A stretch of 64,000 nt of DNA from the NCBI GenBank assembly GCA_035531395.1, contig DATKTA010000023.1, forward strand, positions 282,783 through 346,782, given 5' to 3'. Below are positions 1 through 9,487 of this stretch, piece by piece. The notes below the pieces were generated by a model, which was not told where the DNA came from, did not search any database, and worked only from the letters and a program-made list of their open reading frames with translations. The DNA comes from Bacteroidales bacterium (GTDB taxonomy: Bacteria; Bacteroidota; Bacteroidia; Bacteroidales; VadinHA17). A program made the position numbers and the translations under genes. Position 1 is the first letter of the stretch; the number at the start of each line of letters is the position of its first letter.

Positions 1-335
1 GGTTCGTCGAACATTTTCTGAACATTCTGATAGCTGTCTTTTTTCCACTGGTCCTGAACCCATGAAAACTTCCATTCAGGTTTATCAAGGTTTTCCATGG
101 GACGAAGGTCCCATAGATCAGCCCTGTCAAGCGAAAACCTCAATTTGCCTTCCTTTTGCCATATCAGAGCACCTATCATGCCATTACCAAGAGGAATAGC
201 CTCATCCCAGGATTTTGAAAGTTCTGTGAACCTCAGGTTTGTATCACCTGGTGGGAGAAATTTATTTCTTCCTCTTTCTGAAATACAGGAGGTTACAATA
301 AGGATAAAAAGTGAATAAATAAATTGCTTCGCCAT
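1..335 (-). CDS. Partial CDS (N-terminus only, continues past window start): lipoprotein with GH95-type glycoside hydrolase N-terminal domain
   Basis: Own translation of the minus strand from the ATG at 335 gives MAKQFIYSLFILIVTSCIS (lipobox-like), then WDEAIPLGNGMIGALIW and DRADLWDLRP. This resembles the W-x-EAlPiGNG-lGA motif at the N-terminus of GH95 alpha-L-fucosidase-type enzymes. The frame stays open to position 1. It is absent from the ORF track because it has no stop in the window. Confidence 0.5.
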   Translation of the reverse strand, partial: MAKQFIYSLFILIVTSCISERGRNKFLPPGDTNLRFTELSKSWDEAIPLGNGMIGALIWQKEGKLRFSLDRADLWDLRPMENLDKPEWKFSWVQDQWKKDSYQNVQKMFDE

Positions 336-350
336 TTTAATTTTTTTTGG

Positions 351-468
351 TAACCACAGAGAACACAAAGGGATTACACAGAGGGCACAAAGAATTACTA
401 TTTTTTGTTTTTACTTTGTGTACTCTGTGAACCCGATATAAATCGGGGCTTTGTGTTCTCTGTAGTTA
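351..468. repeat. Nested inverted-repeat element built from four copies of a CACAGAG-NN(N)-CACAAAG motif, plus a small internal hairpin
   Basis: The outer arms, 351-370 taaccacagagaacacaaag and 449-468 ctttgtgttctctgtagtta, are reverse complements with 1 mismatch. The inner arms, 374-392 and 414-431, are an imperfect reverse-complement pair of the same motif. A hairpin cccgat-ataa-atcggg lies at 432-447. The element sits between the NUDIX stop (477) and the start of the GH95-like gene (335). Confidence 0.75.
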
Positions 469-476
469 AACGTGAT

Positions 477-890
477 TTATGACTCATTTTTTTTCTCATG
501 AATATATTCCATTACTATATTTTTAATGATGTTGGCAAACTTAACATCTGGAATTTCTTTTTCTGTAAAGTACTTTACATACTGGCCCTCGTAAAGATGT
601 ATTTCTTTAACAGGGATGTTGATTTTGCCGGTATATATGTATTTTATATTTTCAAAAGCATCACCTTCGAGGCATACAAACTCTTTATAAAAAGTAAAGT
701 CTTTTAATTCTAGTCCAAGCTCTTCCCCGTATTCGCAGATCAAGGCTTCCTCAGGCGTTTCTCCCTCCTCCACATGTCCGCCGATGAGGTCCCAGTGATT
801 TGGAAAGGGAATCCACGATTTATTGTCGCGAAGAGCAAGAAGAAATTCACCTTTGTCATTTTCGAGAATAATAGCAGCGATTTTCTGCAT
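477..890 (-). CDS. NUDIX hydrolase
   Basis: The Nudix box is GGHVEEGETPEEALICEYGEELGL, matching GX5EX7REUXEEXGU with R replaced by C. The size, 137 aa, is typical. Confidence 0.85.
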   Translation of the reverse strand: MQKIAAIILENDKGEFLLALRDNKSWIPFPNHWDLIGGHVEEGETPEEALICEYGEELGLELKDFTFYKEFVCLEGDAFENIKYIYTGKINIPVKEIHLYEGQYVKYFTEKEIPDVKFANIIKNIVMEYIHEKKNES

Positions 891-894
891 AGTA

Positions 895-1818
895 TCAAAT
901 GATATTATTACCCGATTTTCTTAAAACCTCATTGAAGTTTTCAAAGAAGATCTTGCGCCTCTGGACTTCAGTAAGGTTTGAAGAGATGATTGTCCCTACT
1001 CCCTGAAAATATGATCCGTCAGTACCGAAGAAAACTCTGTCTTCACCGAAATGATCCAGAGTATAGTCAACCATGGTGCCTTCATTATTGCTGCCGGAAG
1101 TATCGATGTAAACATTTTTATAATCTTTCAGCACTTTGCATGCGTACTGCCAGTCGCCACCGCCACCCGTATGGGCGTACTGAAACATTGCCTCAGGATA
1201 TCTTTCAGCTGCTTCAGCAAAATCTTCAGGGATTGAAGCATTAGGCTGAATATTTCCATATATTGTCCTTTTTCCGCCAACCCCAAGTCCGCAGTGTGCA
1301 TGCATAAGAATAATCATCTTAAGATCAGTCATCTTTTCAAAAATCGGGTAAAACAGTGGATCATTTATCTTTACATGGTTATAAACCTTAAGGCCAATCA
1401 TTCCTTCTCCTGTGCAGCGGGTTATCTCCTCTAAGGCTTCTTTCCCAAACAAAGGATTTACAAAGCACCATCCCATATACCTGTCAGGATATTTCTTTAT
1501 TACCTTAAGAACCTCATCATTGCATGCTTTTACTTCAACAGGAGTTGATTTGGAATTTGATTCTGATGAGATAATTTTAGAGACTACCAGCTTTTCAATA
1601 CCAAGCCTGTCAGCCATACCAAGTTGAAATTCAATTGTCCCGGAAAGACCAACATGTTCATGGGCATTAATCTTCCTGTATTTTAATGCCTCCTTAATCA
1701 GGTTGAAGGAAGAAGCAACAGATTCTTTCTCTGTCAATAGATATTCAATCTTATCTGAAAACATCATACCAGCTGCAGAAAATGCAGTATTTCTGAAAAA
1801 TTCTCTCCTGCTTAACAT
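895..1818 (-). CDS. Amidohydrolase-family metal-dependent hydrolase with Tat-type signal
   Basis: The ATG at 1818 gives MLSRREFFRNTAFSAAGMM, a twin-arginine motif (SRREFF). An HxH metal motif (INAHEHV) is present and the length fits a TIM-barrel amidohydrolase. The ORF-track start at 1824 is a TTG. Confidence 0.65.
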   Translation of the reverse strand: MLSRREFFRNTAFSAAGMMFSDKIEYLLTEKESVASSFNLIKEALKYRKINAHEHVGLSGTIEFQLGMADRLGIEKLVVSKIISSESNSKSTPVEVKACNDEVLKVIKKYPDRYMGWCFVNPLFGKEALEEITRCTGEGMIGLKVYNHVKINDPLFYPIFEKMTDLKMIILMHAHCGLGVGGKRTIYGNIQPNASIPEDFAEAAERYPEAMFQYAHTGGGGDWQYACKVLKDYKNVYIDTSGSNNEGTMVDYTLDHFGEDRVFFGTDGSYFQGVGTIISSNLTEVQRRKIFFENFNEVLRKSGNNII

Positions 1819-1857
1819 AATCAATCCTGTTTTTATGAGATTATCATCTAAAATAAT

Positions 1858-4800
1858 CTATAATTCCGATACTGCCTTGTAATTCCCTGAATTGAATTTA
1901 AAAACAGCATATCCATCAATGTTCCCGGCATTACTGATATCAGAATCTATCAATTTCCCGTCTCTTGTAACAGATACATTATCAGAGTTTCTGGCAGGAA
2001 TAAAAACTGTTGCTGTAGTATTTGATGGTATTGTGAAATTATATTCAAACCTGGTTCCTTCCTTTTTCCAGGCAGCTTCTATTAATCCGGAAAAAGAATG
2101 GAATTCTCCTTTTGCCCAGGTCAGTGTTCCTCCGGGTAAAGGTTTAAGAATAAAATGTCGGAATCCCGGTGAATTATCATCCGGCTGTATGCCCAGGATA
2201 TTTTCGTACATCCATTCACCGATAGATCCAAAAGCATAGTGGTTAAATGAGTTCATGCCTGCCCCCTGGAATCCCCGGCCTTTTACATAACCGTCCCACC
2301 TTTCCCATATTGATGTTGCCCCCTGCTCGATGGAATATCCCCAGGAGGGAAATTCCGTAGTCTCAAGCAACTGGTAAGCTTTGTCAGAATATCCTCTTTT
2401 GACAAGCTCTTTCATTAGGCAAAGTGTCGAATGAAATCCTGTGTTCATTCTTCCTTCATAGGGTATGAACTTATCAATCATCCTTTTTTCAAAATTTATT
2501 TCCATCTCCGGAGGGAATATGTCATAGTGTAAGGCCAGAGCGTAACATGCCTGGGCATCACCCTCTATCTTACCTTCAGCATCAACAAAATTATCCCGAA
2601 AGGCTGTTTTTATTCTGCCTGCCAGATCATGATAAAACACTACCTTATCATTGAACTCTGCTGCTTCAGCCATCCTGGAAAGTGTATTCACTGAGTTGAA
2701 AAACATAATTGTTGAAAAGACCTCTGATGGTATCTGCGCTCCTGTTTTAGGAAAACCTTTAGCGTTGAGGGTATTTCCATTCAGCCAGTCACCATAATTA
2801 AGACCAAGCCCTTTTCTCCAGATCAGGTCTGGATTGCTTTCAACAATGTTATTGATATACTTTTCAAAGGCAGAAAAGTTGTTCCTGATTATTTCAATAT
2901 CATCATAGTTTATGTACATCAGATAGGGCAGGCGTATTGCAGCATCAGCCCATCCGGGAGCATTGGTAAAGTGCTTTTCATATCCGAAAGGATGAGGGGC
3001 AATATCGGGAAACGTACCTCGTTCCGACTGGGCATCAAGTATATCGGTCATCCATTTGCTATAGAAGGCTGCCATGTCGCGGTTGAACATGGAGGTCTGG
3101 GCGAAGATATATACATCCCCCATCCATCCGCACCGCTCATCACGCTGGGGACAATCAGTCGGTACTCCATGCATGTTACTCACATGTGAGCGGTTAATAT
3201 TTTTATATAGCTGGTTGAGCATTTGGTTTGAGCATTCGAAATATCCTGTCCTGGGCTGATCAGAGGCTATTACTCTGGCTGATAGAACAGATTTCTCAGG
3301 TGTAAAACTTAATCCCTGAACCTCTACATATCTGAACCCGTGATATGTGAATCTGGGTTCATAAATCTGTTTCCCCGAAGAGCCAAGGATAATAGTATCA
3401 GTCTGTATAGCGGCTCCCAGGTTTTCGGTATATAATTCTCCGTCATTATCCAGAATTTCACCATGACGCATTATTATCCTGTCTCCAGGTTTTCCTTCAA
3501 GACTTATGTTACACCAGCCTGCAATATTCTCACCGAGATCAAAGAGCCAGTAACCTTTTTTAGTTTTTGTAATGTTCTTACAGGTAAGTGTTTCAATAAT
3601 TCTGATTGGCTGGTTGATCTGGGGTACCAGGTTTCGGTCATTCTTTTCAGCCACAACATATATCCAGGAAGAATCATCAAAATCACTTTTGTCCCAACCG
3701 TCAATTTCTTTTCCAGCATCATAAGTTTCACCCAGGAAGTTATCAGCAATTCTTATAGGTCCTTCAGGATTCATTTTCCAGCTTTCATCACTTAAAACAA
3801 CTTCCCTGGTCCTGTCAGGATATTCTATCTCAAGCTGGAAGAAAAGTCTTCTGTCAAGTCCGTAAGCCCCTCTCTTAGGGAAATATTCACTCCAGCGGGT
3901 AGGCCCAAGCATTCCGGCATACCATCCATCTGCAAGTTGGACTGATATAACGTTCTCACCCGCTTCAAGAATTTCAGTTACATCATATGCCTGATATTGA
4001 ATACGTTTATTATAATCGGTCCATTCCGGGGCCAGCACTCGCTGATCAGGTTTGCCGGAGTTAAAATTTATATCGTAAACTCCGAGGGATGAAACAAAGG
4101 CAATAGCCTGTAATGGTTTTGATTTTAAGTCAAACTTTTTTCTGAGAAGTGGTGAGGGCGGAATAGTCCTTCTTTTAGGATAAAGTGGTGTTTCCAGTAT
4201 TCCATCTGTCAGCATATCCGGATCATAGCCATCTTCCCGGTCGACTTTTACAAGGGCATCTTTATAAGTGACTTTGCATCCTGAAGATAATATTTCAGTA
4301 CTGTTCAGCACCTGAAATTCAGCAAGAGAGAATGCATACATCCTGCCAGGATCACCCTGATCATCATAATCGAAGATCCGGTGATCATATTTCTTAAGCT
4401 CCGTGGCAGTGAATTTTACAAAGCGTCCTCTGGTTTTTTCCAGGGAGATGATGCGGGGGTTCCCCTCAATGGATACAATATTTTCGCTGATCATACATGG
4501 TTTCCAGACGGTACCATCATCACTGGTCTCTATCCTGAAAGAATCCGGGTAATAATAATCCTTAATTTTCCTGATATTGTTGTATGAGGGATACAATTTT
4601 AACTTTTCAAATTCTTTACTGCTTCCAAGGTCGATCTGAAACCATTTTTCCTCATTTGGATCAGCAGTGTAGGCACTCAGGTAACCTATATGTTTATAGA
4701 GAAGAGGATATTCAAGAGGCGGTTCAGGCTTATCCCCGATCCATGAAGCTTTCCACTCCGAATTGTCAAATGCTCCGGTGATGATTGTTCCGGGTTTGCT

Positions 4801-5178
4801 CCAGTCTGTGACTTCATTGTTCTGATTCCAGATCCTGACGCTCCAGTAGTATTTCCTGAATGATTTGAGACTGTTGCCTGGCAGTTTGATACCAAAGGTC
4901 TCATTTCCTTTTATTTTGCCACTATTCCAGATATCTCCTTTGCCATTTTTAATTTTTTCTTTGTCATCACTTACAATAACCTGCCAGGCTTTTTGATACT
5001 GGCCATTTTCAGGTGATGAAAGTTCCCAGCTTAACCGTGGTGCAAAATTTGCAATCAGGGCCTCATTCATATATTCACATTTCAGGTTTGTGACAGAAAG
5101 ATCTGTGGCAGGTTTATCTGTACAACCTGAACAAAGAAGTAAGCATAAACTAACAGAATATTTAATAAAACAGCTCAT
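1858..5178 (-). CDS. GH78 alpha-L-rhamnosidase lipoprotein with an inserted F5/8 type C (discoidin/CBM32-like) domain
   Basis: DCPQRDERCGWMGD is the hallmark GH78 motif. The N-terminal LKCEYMNEA...APRLSWEL signature is present. WFQIDLGSSKEF...FRIETSDDGTVWKP looks discoidin-like. The ATG at 5178 gives MSCFIKYSVSLCLLLCSGC, which has a lipobox. Confidence 0.85.
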   Translation of the reverse strand: MSCFIKYSVSLCLLLCSGCTDKPATDLSVTNLKCEYMNEALIANFAPRLSWELSSPENGQYQKAWQVIVSDDKEKIKNGKGDIWNSGKIKGNETFGIKLPGNSLKSFRKYYWSVRIWNQNNEVTDWSKPGTIITGAFDNSEWKASWIGDKPEPPLEYPLLYKHIGYLSAYTADPNEEKWFQIDLGSSKEFEKLKLYPSYNNIRKIKDYYYPDSFRIETSDDGTVWKPCMISENIVSIEGNPRIISLEKTRGRFVKFTATELKKYDHRIFDYDDQGDPGRMYAFSLAEFQVLNSTEILSSGCKVTYKDALVKVDREDGYDPDMLTDGILETPLYPKRRTIPPSPLLRKKFDLKSKPLQAIAFVSSLGVYDINFNSGKPDQRVLAPEWTDYNKRIQYQAYDVTEILEAGENVISVQLADGWYAGMLGPTRWSEYFPKRGAYGLDRRLFFQLEIEYPDRTREVVLSDESWKMNPEGPIRIADNFLGETYDAGKEIDGWDKSDFDDSSWIYVVAEKNDRNLVPQINQPIRIIETLTCKNITKTKKGYWLFDLGENIAGWCNISLEGKPGDRIIMRHGEILDNDGELYTENLGAAIQTDTIILGSSGKQIYEPRFTYHGFRYVEVQGLSFTPEKSVLSARVIASDQPRTGYFECSNQMLNQLYKNINRSHVSNMHGVPTDCPQRDERCGWMGDVYIFAQTSMFNRDMAAFYSKWMTDILDAQSERGTFPDIAPHPFGYEKHFTNAPGWADAAIRLPYLMYINYDDIEIIRNNFSAFEKYINNIVESNPDLIWRKGLGLNYGDWLNGNTLNAKGFPKTGAQIPSEVFSTIMFFNSVNTLSRMAEAAEFNDKVVFYHDLAGRIKTAFRDNFVDAEGKIEGDAQACYALALHYDIFPPEMEINFEKRMIDKFIPYEGRMNTGFHSTLCLMKELVKRGYSDKAYQLLETTEFPSWGYSIEQGATSIWERWDGYVKGRGFQGAGMNSFNHYAFGSIGEWMYENILGIQPDDNSPGFRHFILKPLPGGTLTWAKGEFHSFSGLIEAAWKKEGTRFEYNFTIPSNTTATVFIPARNSDNVSVTRDGKLIDSDISNAGNIDGYAVFKFNSGNYKAVSEL

Positions 5179-5246
5179 AGTGTTATTTTTTACCTTTAAG
5201 GCGCAAGGGAACAAAGGATTACCAGGTTATCGGATTCATAATAATT

Positions 5247-7259
5247 TTACATAACTACTTCTAATATAGAGTTAATGTTAAGTTCGGGAACAACAACCTT
5301 AGAGATCCCGTTATGAAAATCAACTGTTATCTCTTTTCCTTCTGGCTGAAGGATGATTTTTGCAGGCTGATTTCTGGTTTTTATTTCAATAATAAGTTCT
5401 TTGAGAATTGGAATTTCATCATAACCAATGAGCGATTTTGTGTTATGATCACCCGATACATTTATAAGGTTTACATAAGTTATATCATTAAGTTTATTAA
5501 CTGCAACATGAACCAGGTGTGATCCTGTAACCTTAACAATTGGTTCTGTAAGAATTGATTCTATATGTTGACTTAAATAATCTCTTAAGATATGAGATTT
5601 ATATTCTGAATATGCCGATCCGGCATTGAAATAAACGGCAGTAATATTCCCTTTGCCAAACTTCCTTGATGATGAGGCGATTACATCTCCCTTCTGGTTA
5701 AAATCACTTCCCCTGAAATAGGTTGATATTACTTTTGCATCTGGTGCCAGTGTTACTCTGGCATAAGGTGACCGGATTCCTCCTATTCTTCTACCTGCTG
5801 CTATAAATTCAGGTTTTGCCTCCTGCATTTCAATTGACAAAATTCCAAGTTCATTCTTAAATAATTCTGCAGTTTCAGATCCGATTACAAGTATGTTTCC
5901 TCCATTAATGACATAATTTTTAAGTTCTTCAAGGAAAGCTGTTTCAAGATAATTGCATTCAGGGATCACAATAAGAGGATATTTATCCATGTTTCCTCTG
6001 AGATGATGTTCCATAAGAATCTCAACCGGAAATTGGCCATCCATTATCATATATAATGATCCTTCAAGCTTCCAAGTTGAATTTGAATAGGATCTTGTTC
6101 CGTTTTTCTGATGTGAGGCAGTAGGGAAAAGCAAGGCGACCTGAGGAACCGGCTTTGCTTTGTGGCAGAACTGTTGCCTTTCGCGACAGAAAGAACCTAT
6201 TTCTGATAGCATTCCTGCAAGCCATGGCTTAATGGACAGGTCCTTGTTTTGCTGGAAGTAAAACTGAACTCCACCTCCCATTGCCATTATCTGAGCTGCT
6301 TCCTGTTCAAGCTGAACTGCTGACTTAACACTCATAGGCATTTTACCTCCGTCCCAGGAAAATCCCCATGCCATAAGGTCCCATGGCTTGCCCTGTGGTG
6401 CCAGGCAGCGGGATTCAAAAGCGGATCGGTATACCCCGTTGAGGGGGGTCACATCGCCTGAAAGGTAATCGACATTGACAGTCACTTTTTCGGGCATGAT
6501 TGATGAGTAAGCCCAGTTGCTAGTTATCTGAAAATCAGGATTATATTGATGTATGGCATCGATGTATTTTGTAAGGTGCTTTCTGAACAGTCCTCGTGTA
6601 TATTCGAGGAATTCAGGATAATTCTTGTCTTCAGGAGACTTTGGTATTGCAGTTATGCCAGTTTCTTCCCTGAACCTGTTAACAGACTCTTTCCCATAAT
6701 CGGGTTCAACAGCCCAGCATTCTCCGTCAATCCATGCCCCGTCAACGCCATAATCACTAAGTTCTTTAAGTTGTGGAATAATATAAGTATCGAGATAGGG
6801 ACTGAAGAAGGATACCTTCTGTCCGCTGGGTTTGCCATCGGTTCTTATAATATCCCAGTCGGGATGTTCTTTAACAACTTTATTGTCCCATACTCCTGAA
6901 AAATGCATGAATAGTGCCACATTATTCTTCGCTGTTACTTCACGGAACAGTTTTAGCGGATCTTTTTCGAATCCTTTTACATGAAACCCGACTTTTGTCG
7001 GATAGCTTGATATCCCCGGATGTCCTTTGCAGTCTATCTGAATGAAATCAGGTTTCACCTTAAGCAGAAATGTATCGATCATTTCTTCTGTTAAAGTTTT
7101 GCCGGCATCAGTAATATCCTCACTTGCGTGAAGATCAAAATGAACGCCGAAAAAGCAATCTGAGCGTTTAAGTTTTTGTGATGGTTTTTCCGGTTGAGGC
7201 GGTGTAGAACAGGCTGTGAGGAGAGCAAGTATCAGTATTGTCAGTTTTATTGGTTTCAT
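5247..7259 (-). CDS. Uncharacterised glycoside-hydrolase-like lipoprotein: GHL6-like TIM barrel plus GH42-middle-domain-like module
   Basis: The lipobox is ILALLTACS. FGVHFDLHA...IQIDCKGHPG...EHPDW resembles the putative-GH TIM barrel. DKYPLIVIPECNYLETAFLEELKNYVINGGNILVIG resembles the GH42 trimerisation (GATase-like) domain. The family assignment is from memory only. Confidence 0.45.
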   Translation of the reverse strand: MKPIKLTILILALLTACSTPPQPEKPSQKLKRSDCFFGVHFDLHASEDITDAGKTLTEEMIDTFLLKVKPDFIQIDCKGHPGISSYPTKVGFHVKGFEKDPLKLFREVTAKNNVALFMHFSGVWDNKVVKEHPDWDIIRTDGKPSGQKVSFFSPYLDTYIIPQLKELSDYGVDGAWIDGECWAVEPDYGKESVNRFREETGITAIPKSPEDKNYPEFLEYTRGLFRKHLTKYIDAIHQYNPDFQITSNWAYSSIMPEKVTVNVDYLSGDVTPLNGVYRSAFESRCLAPQGKPWDLMAWGFSWDGGKMPMSVKSAVQLEQEAAQIMAMGGGVQFYFQQNKDLSIKPWLAGMLSEIGSFCRERQQFCHKAKPVPQVALLFPTASHQKNGTRSYSNSTWKLEGSLYMIMDGQFPVEILMEHHLRGNMDKYPLIVIPECNYLETAFLEELKNYVINGGNILVIGSETAELFKNELGILSIEMQEAKPEFIAAGRRIGGIRSPYARVTLAPDAKVISTYFRGSDFNQKGDVIASSSRKFGKGNITAVYFNAGSAYSEYKSHILRDYLSQHIESILTEPIVKVTGSHLVHVAVNKLNDITYVNLINVSGDHNTKSLIGYDEIPILKELIIEIKTRNQPAKIILQPEGKEITVDFHNGISKVVVPELNINSILEVVM

Positions 7260-9448
7260 TTTGCAACTAATTTCAGTGAATAAAACTCTTCCAAAGTATC
7301 AATTGTAATTGTGTTGTCATTTATTCTTGCTTCTTTGCCTGAACTGTTGCAAAGCGCATGAGCTGATCGGATCATGAACGGCAGCTCAATAGTGATTTTA
7401 TTTACAGGTATTAAATCTCTGTAAGGTCTCTGGGAACTGCCGGAGGTATTTACAAGTGACAGCTGGTAGGTGTCTGTGGCAGTTTCGCTTTTGTTCAGGT
7501 AAATATGTACCGATGAAGGGGCATTTGTCACAAGGATCCTGTGGCTGCCCAGGAGATAGTTGATTGAATTTGTCAGCAACCTGTCATAATCAGGATGGCC
7601 AATTGTATAATTAAGCTTTTCTATTTCATTTGCAAAATATATCGATTCTCCCTTCCCTGACTTCTTTCGTACCATAATAGGATTACCTGATTCCCAGCTT
7701 GCAGGGAAAGCGTTTTCCGGTGGCTGGTTATTTATTTTTGGCAAGTAACCTGTAATTATTTCAGTACCATTTAGTGCCTTTGTCATTAAAGTTCTTCCAC
7801 CGTTATGAAGCAGAGTGGTCAATTCCATCCCTTTTACCAGCTCATTTCTGGTTATTATTTTCTGGTAGCAATCCATCTGGGTATTTACAACCTGGTTTAG
7901 GTAGCTGATTCCAAATGTCTTATTCAGACCAAAATCTTTTCTGGCAACGCCGTTCTCATCAAACAGGGAGGTCTGAAAAGAAGATAGCAACCTGCCTCCC
8001 TGGATAACCCATTCTTCTATCAGCCTGACATGTTTATCGCTCATAGCAGCTGCATCAGGTAATATAAGTACTTTAAACTGTTTCAATTTTTCAGGTGACA
8101 GATCCTTTTCAGAAATGAAACCATACTGGTAATGATTTTCTGCCATAAGTCTTTGTAATCCTCTCAATGATCCGGCAAAACTCTCATCACCCAGAAGTTC
8201 TCCGGATGGTTTGGAATAGAGAATTCCGATGTCAGTAACAGGTTGAATATGTTGAATGAATTCTGAATTGTCATCAAGGTATTTATATGCATCCGTAGTG
8301 ACATATGCATTGCGTGCATCAGGAGCATTGGCAGGGTAATACCCGTTAAAGTAGCAATTCCAGAATCCTCCACCGGAAGCGGCAGATTCCCACATCCAGA
8401 GCCTGGTGTCGATCGGGGAGGCATAAATGTAACGGTGATCGGTTCCATTGCCTCCAAACAGGATGACAGGAGCTTTGTCAGGTTTGAGCGATTTCAGAAA
8501 TTTGACTATAGCTGATGGATAATAGATGTCCTTGTATTCGATCTCTGCTGTGTTGTCTGCCATAAATGCAACTATGACCAGAAAGTCAAAATATTCAGCA
8601 ACACTGTAAAAAGAGATACCTGTTTCTTTTTGCTGTTCAATTTTGTACATGTCGAAGACCTCGGCAGCATATGATTTGTCATTACCATACTTTTTAATAG
8701 TACTGCGCATCAGTGCCAGCTGTTTTTCAGCCACACCTTCATTCCATTTATAATACTCATCCCAATCTCCCTTTGAACTGTCTTTGACAGGAATAGGTTT
8801 CCCTGTTTTTTCCAGATACTCCTTTGTACATCGATCACAATAGCATTTATTGTGAAAATTCACCGCATTGTGCCAGATCCCGTCTACATGATAAACTGAC
8901 ATAAGCTGTTCAATAAATTCCACAGCATGTTCATTGCGATAATAACTGTTATAACAGGGAGCATAAACTTCGGGAGTAGTATAATTCAGTATTATAGGAT
9001 TGCCGTATTCATCCCTGGCAAACCAGTCGGGATGCTGTTCATATCTCTCTTTTTCCACTCCCCTGAAATCGACACGAGTTATCACTTTGATACCTTCTTT
9101 ATGGCATCCTTCAACTATTTCCGCAAGGAGGTCCCTCTTTCCTATATATGGGTTTATATTGGCCATGGGCAGTCTGTTCTGAAAAAAATCCATTACACCT
9201 CCACCATTAACAACAAGTGTATTGGCATGCACTTTTTTCATATAATTTACCAGGCTATCGACATTATAGCTTGCTGCATCAGGCTGCCTCATTACAGTTT
9301 GCAGGATTCTCATAGGTTTCTGGTACCAGTAATCCTGTCCGCCCTGCTGAGCAACGGAATTAAAAGCTGTAAATGTCAAAAAAGCAATAGGATACAGGAT
9401 CTTTCTGCAAAGTTTCCATTTTTGGTATAATGCTGGCAGATTTCTCAT
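7256..9448 (-). CDS. GHL6-like putative glycoside hydrolase plus GH42-middle-domain-like module, secreted
   Basis: The signal peptide ends in FNSVAQQ. LVNYMKKVHANTLVVNGGG...QHPDWFARDEYGNP looks like a GHL6-type TIM barrel. FKVLILPDAAAMSDKHVRLIEEWVIQGGRLL looks like the GH42M domain. The stop overlaps the downstream start (ATGA at 7256-7259). Confidence 0.5.
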   Translation of the reverse strand: MRNLPALYQKWKLCRKILYPIAFLTFTAFNSVAQQGGQDYWYQKPMRILQTVMRQPDAASYNVDSLVNYMKKVHANTLVVNGGGVMDFFQNRLPMANINPYIGKRDLLAEIVEGCHKEGIKVITRVDFRGVEKERYEQHPDWFARDEYGNPIILNYTTPEVYAPCYNSYYRNEHAVEFIEQLMSVYHVDGIWHNAVNFHNKCYCDRCTKEYLEKTGKPIPVKDSSKGDWDEYYKWNEGVAEKQLALMRSTIKKYGNDKSYAAEVFDMYKIEQQKETGISFYSVAEYFDFLVIVAFMADNTAEIEYKDIYYPSAIVKFLKSLKPDKAPVILFGGNGTDHRYIYASPIDTRLWMWESAASGGGFWNCYFNGYYPANAPDARNAYVTTDAYKYLDDNSEFIQHIQPVTDIGILYSKPSGELLGDESFAGSLRGLQRLMAENHYQYGFISEKDLSPEKLKQFKVLILPDAAAMSDKHVRLIEEWVIQGGRLLSSFQTSLFDENGVARKDFGLNKTFGISYLNQVVNTQMDCYQKIITRNELVKGMELTTLLHNGGRTLMTKALNGTEIITGYLPKINNQPPENAFPASWESGNPIMVRKKSGKGESIYFANEIEKLNYTIGHPDYDRLLTNSINYLLGSHRILVTNAPSSVHIYLNKSETATDTYQLSLVNTSGSSQRPYRDLIPVNKITIELPFMIRSAHALCNSSGKEARINDNTITIDTLEEFYSLKLVAK

Positions 9449-9487
9449 AAAGACTATATTAATTTCGAATTTATACTATTATCATAT

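Noticed and set aside
97-318. 73-aa plus-strand ORF from the ORF track
   Set aside because: It lies entirely antisense to a much better minus-strand reading frame: the GH95-like lipoprotein N-terminus with WDEAIPLGNG, open from 335 to the window edge. Its own sequence is compositionally odd with no motifs, so I treat it as a shadow ORF.
351-468. Interpretation of the nested inverted repeat as an invertible (phase-variable) promoter
   Set aside because: The inverted-repeat arms are only about 78 nt apart. I found no good TAnnTTTG box inside, and no site-specific recombinase is encoded in the window. I kept it as a repeat of unknown function only.
8927-9430. Long antisense ORFs inside large CDS. 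Examples are 8927..9430, 52409..52945, 47374..47790, 6546..6899, 20322..20660, 49498..49869 and 24415..24756.
   Set aside because: All are fully nested opposite strongly supported genes. They lack motifs and have skewed composition (rich in S, R, P, I or F), which is typical of frame shadows.
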